DNA from: Octopus vulgaris
Taxonomy: Eukaryota
Reading direction: 5' to 3'
NCBI GenBank assembly: GCA_951406725.2
Contig: OX597820.1
Coordinates: 94,116,001-94,180,000, forward strand
Length of the DNA: 64,000 nucleotides
This document shows positions 63,231-64,000 of this stretch, piece after piece. Numbering within the stretch: the first letter of the stretch is position 1; each line of letters begins with the position of its first letter. The notes under the pieces were generated by a model. It was not told where the DNA came from, made no database searches, and saw only the letters and a list, made by a program, of their open reading frames with translations. The translations under genes and the position numbers were made by a program.

Positions 63231-64000
63231 AGCACTACATGTTCGAATGCGCAGTATCAAACTCAACTAGACGAAGATCTGGCAAATCTGGAATTATGTA
63301 TCACGTCGTTTGGCGAACTATTTCCGGCATACAAGTCAAACTTTCCAGACCAAAATTTGCAGCCAGAAAAAGTAGGTCTACTTATACACCAAAGCAACTT
63401 TGGAAAACCATAAATTCGGTTAAATGCAGCAAGATTTGGAATGACAGTAAAGATGTTTGAATGTTTACAGTCTGTACTATATCGAATTGTATGAAGGAAA
63501 TAGCGACAAATAGCCATTGCTTAGTCCAACGTCGGTTTTGCTTCAGCAGAATAATATTAGATGCGATGGAAATATGACTGTTCAGTTTTTTCTTCTTTTT
63601 GTTTAATGTCCTCTGTCTAAGACTATTATATATGGCATTCACCCGTTTTAAACTATGATAGCGTGTACTTTGAGGGAAAGTTGTCTTTTATTTGTATGAG
63701 ACATTATATAAGTCCCCGTCATTTGCTCAATACGAAAATAGCTTTCTCTTCGGCTAATAAATGGCTATATAAATCATAAGGGAAATAAATAGCTATATAA
63801 ACGATAAAGCAAATAAATGGATATTTATATATAAAGCAGAAGGCAAATAGGCAGACAGTGACAGTCCTGGTCCAGAACATCAAACTATTTATATAGCAAA
63901 TTGTAGGCTAAAACAAACTTTTCAAATAGTCATTATCGAATATCTTATCCTTTAGCATATATATATATATATATATATGACAATACTCGAACGTTGATAA

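Noticed and set aside
63158-63642. Cluster of 84-100 aa non-repetitive ORFs
   Set aside because: Starts inside a family E repeat; no recognisable motif; length is compatible with chance. A BLASTx search would settle it.

Overview
AT-rich, microsatellite-saturated eukaryotic DNA with no host protein-coding exon I can recognise; it is probably a large intron or intergenic region. The repeat content (several tRNA-headed SINE families, a mariner relic, R4/Dong, RTE and L1/Tx1 LINE fragments) points to a coleoid cephalopod, most likely Octopus. That assignment is an inference from repeat content and was not verified by search. Nearly all listed ORFs are translations of simple repeats or SINEs. The only real coding relics are a decayed mariner transposase and three LINE C-terminal fragments. 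The most notable unannotated structures are: (1) about ten minimal type-I hammerhead-ribozyme-like motifs, several in Penelope-like terminal-repeat fragments, two nearly intact (11225-11270 +, 27575-27655 -); (2) long inverted repeats, including a 798-bp foldback element carrying TTAGGG repeats; (3) a dimeric SINE mobilised as one unit, and SINEs that swap 3' modules; (4) an L1/Tx1 3' end joined directly to a headless SINE body. SINE family labels A-E are my own working names. Coordinates were counted by eye and may be off by a few bases.
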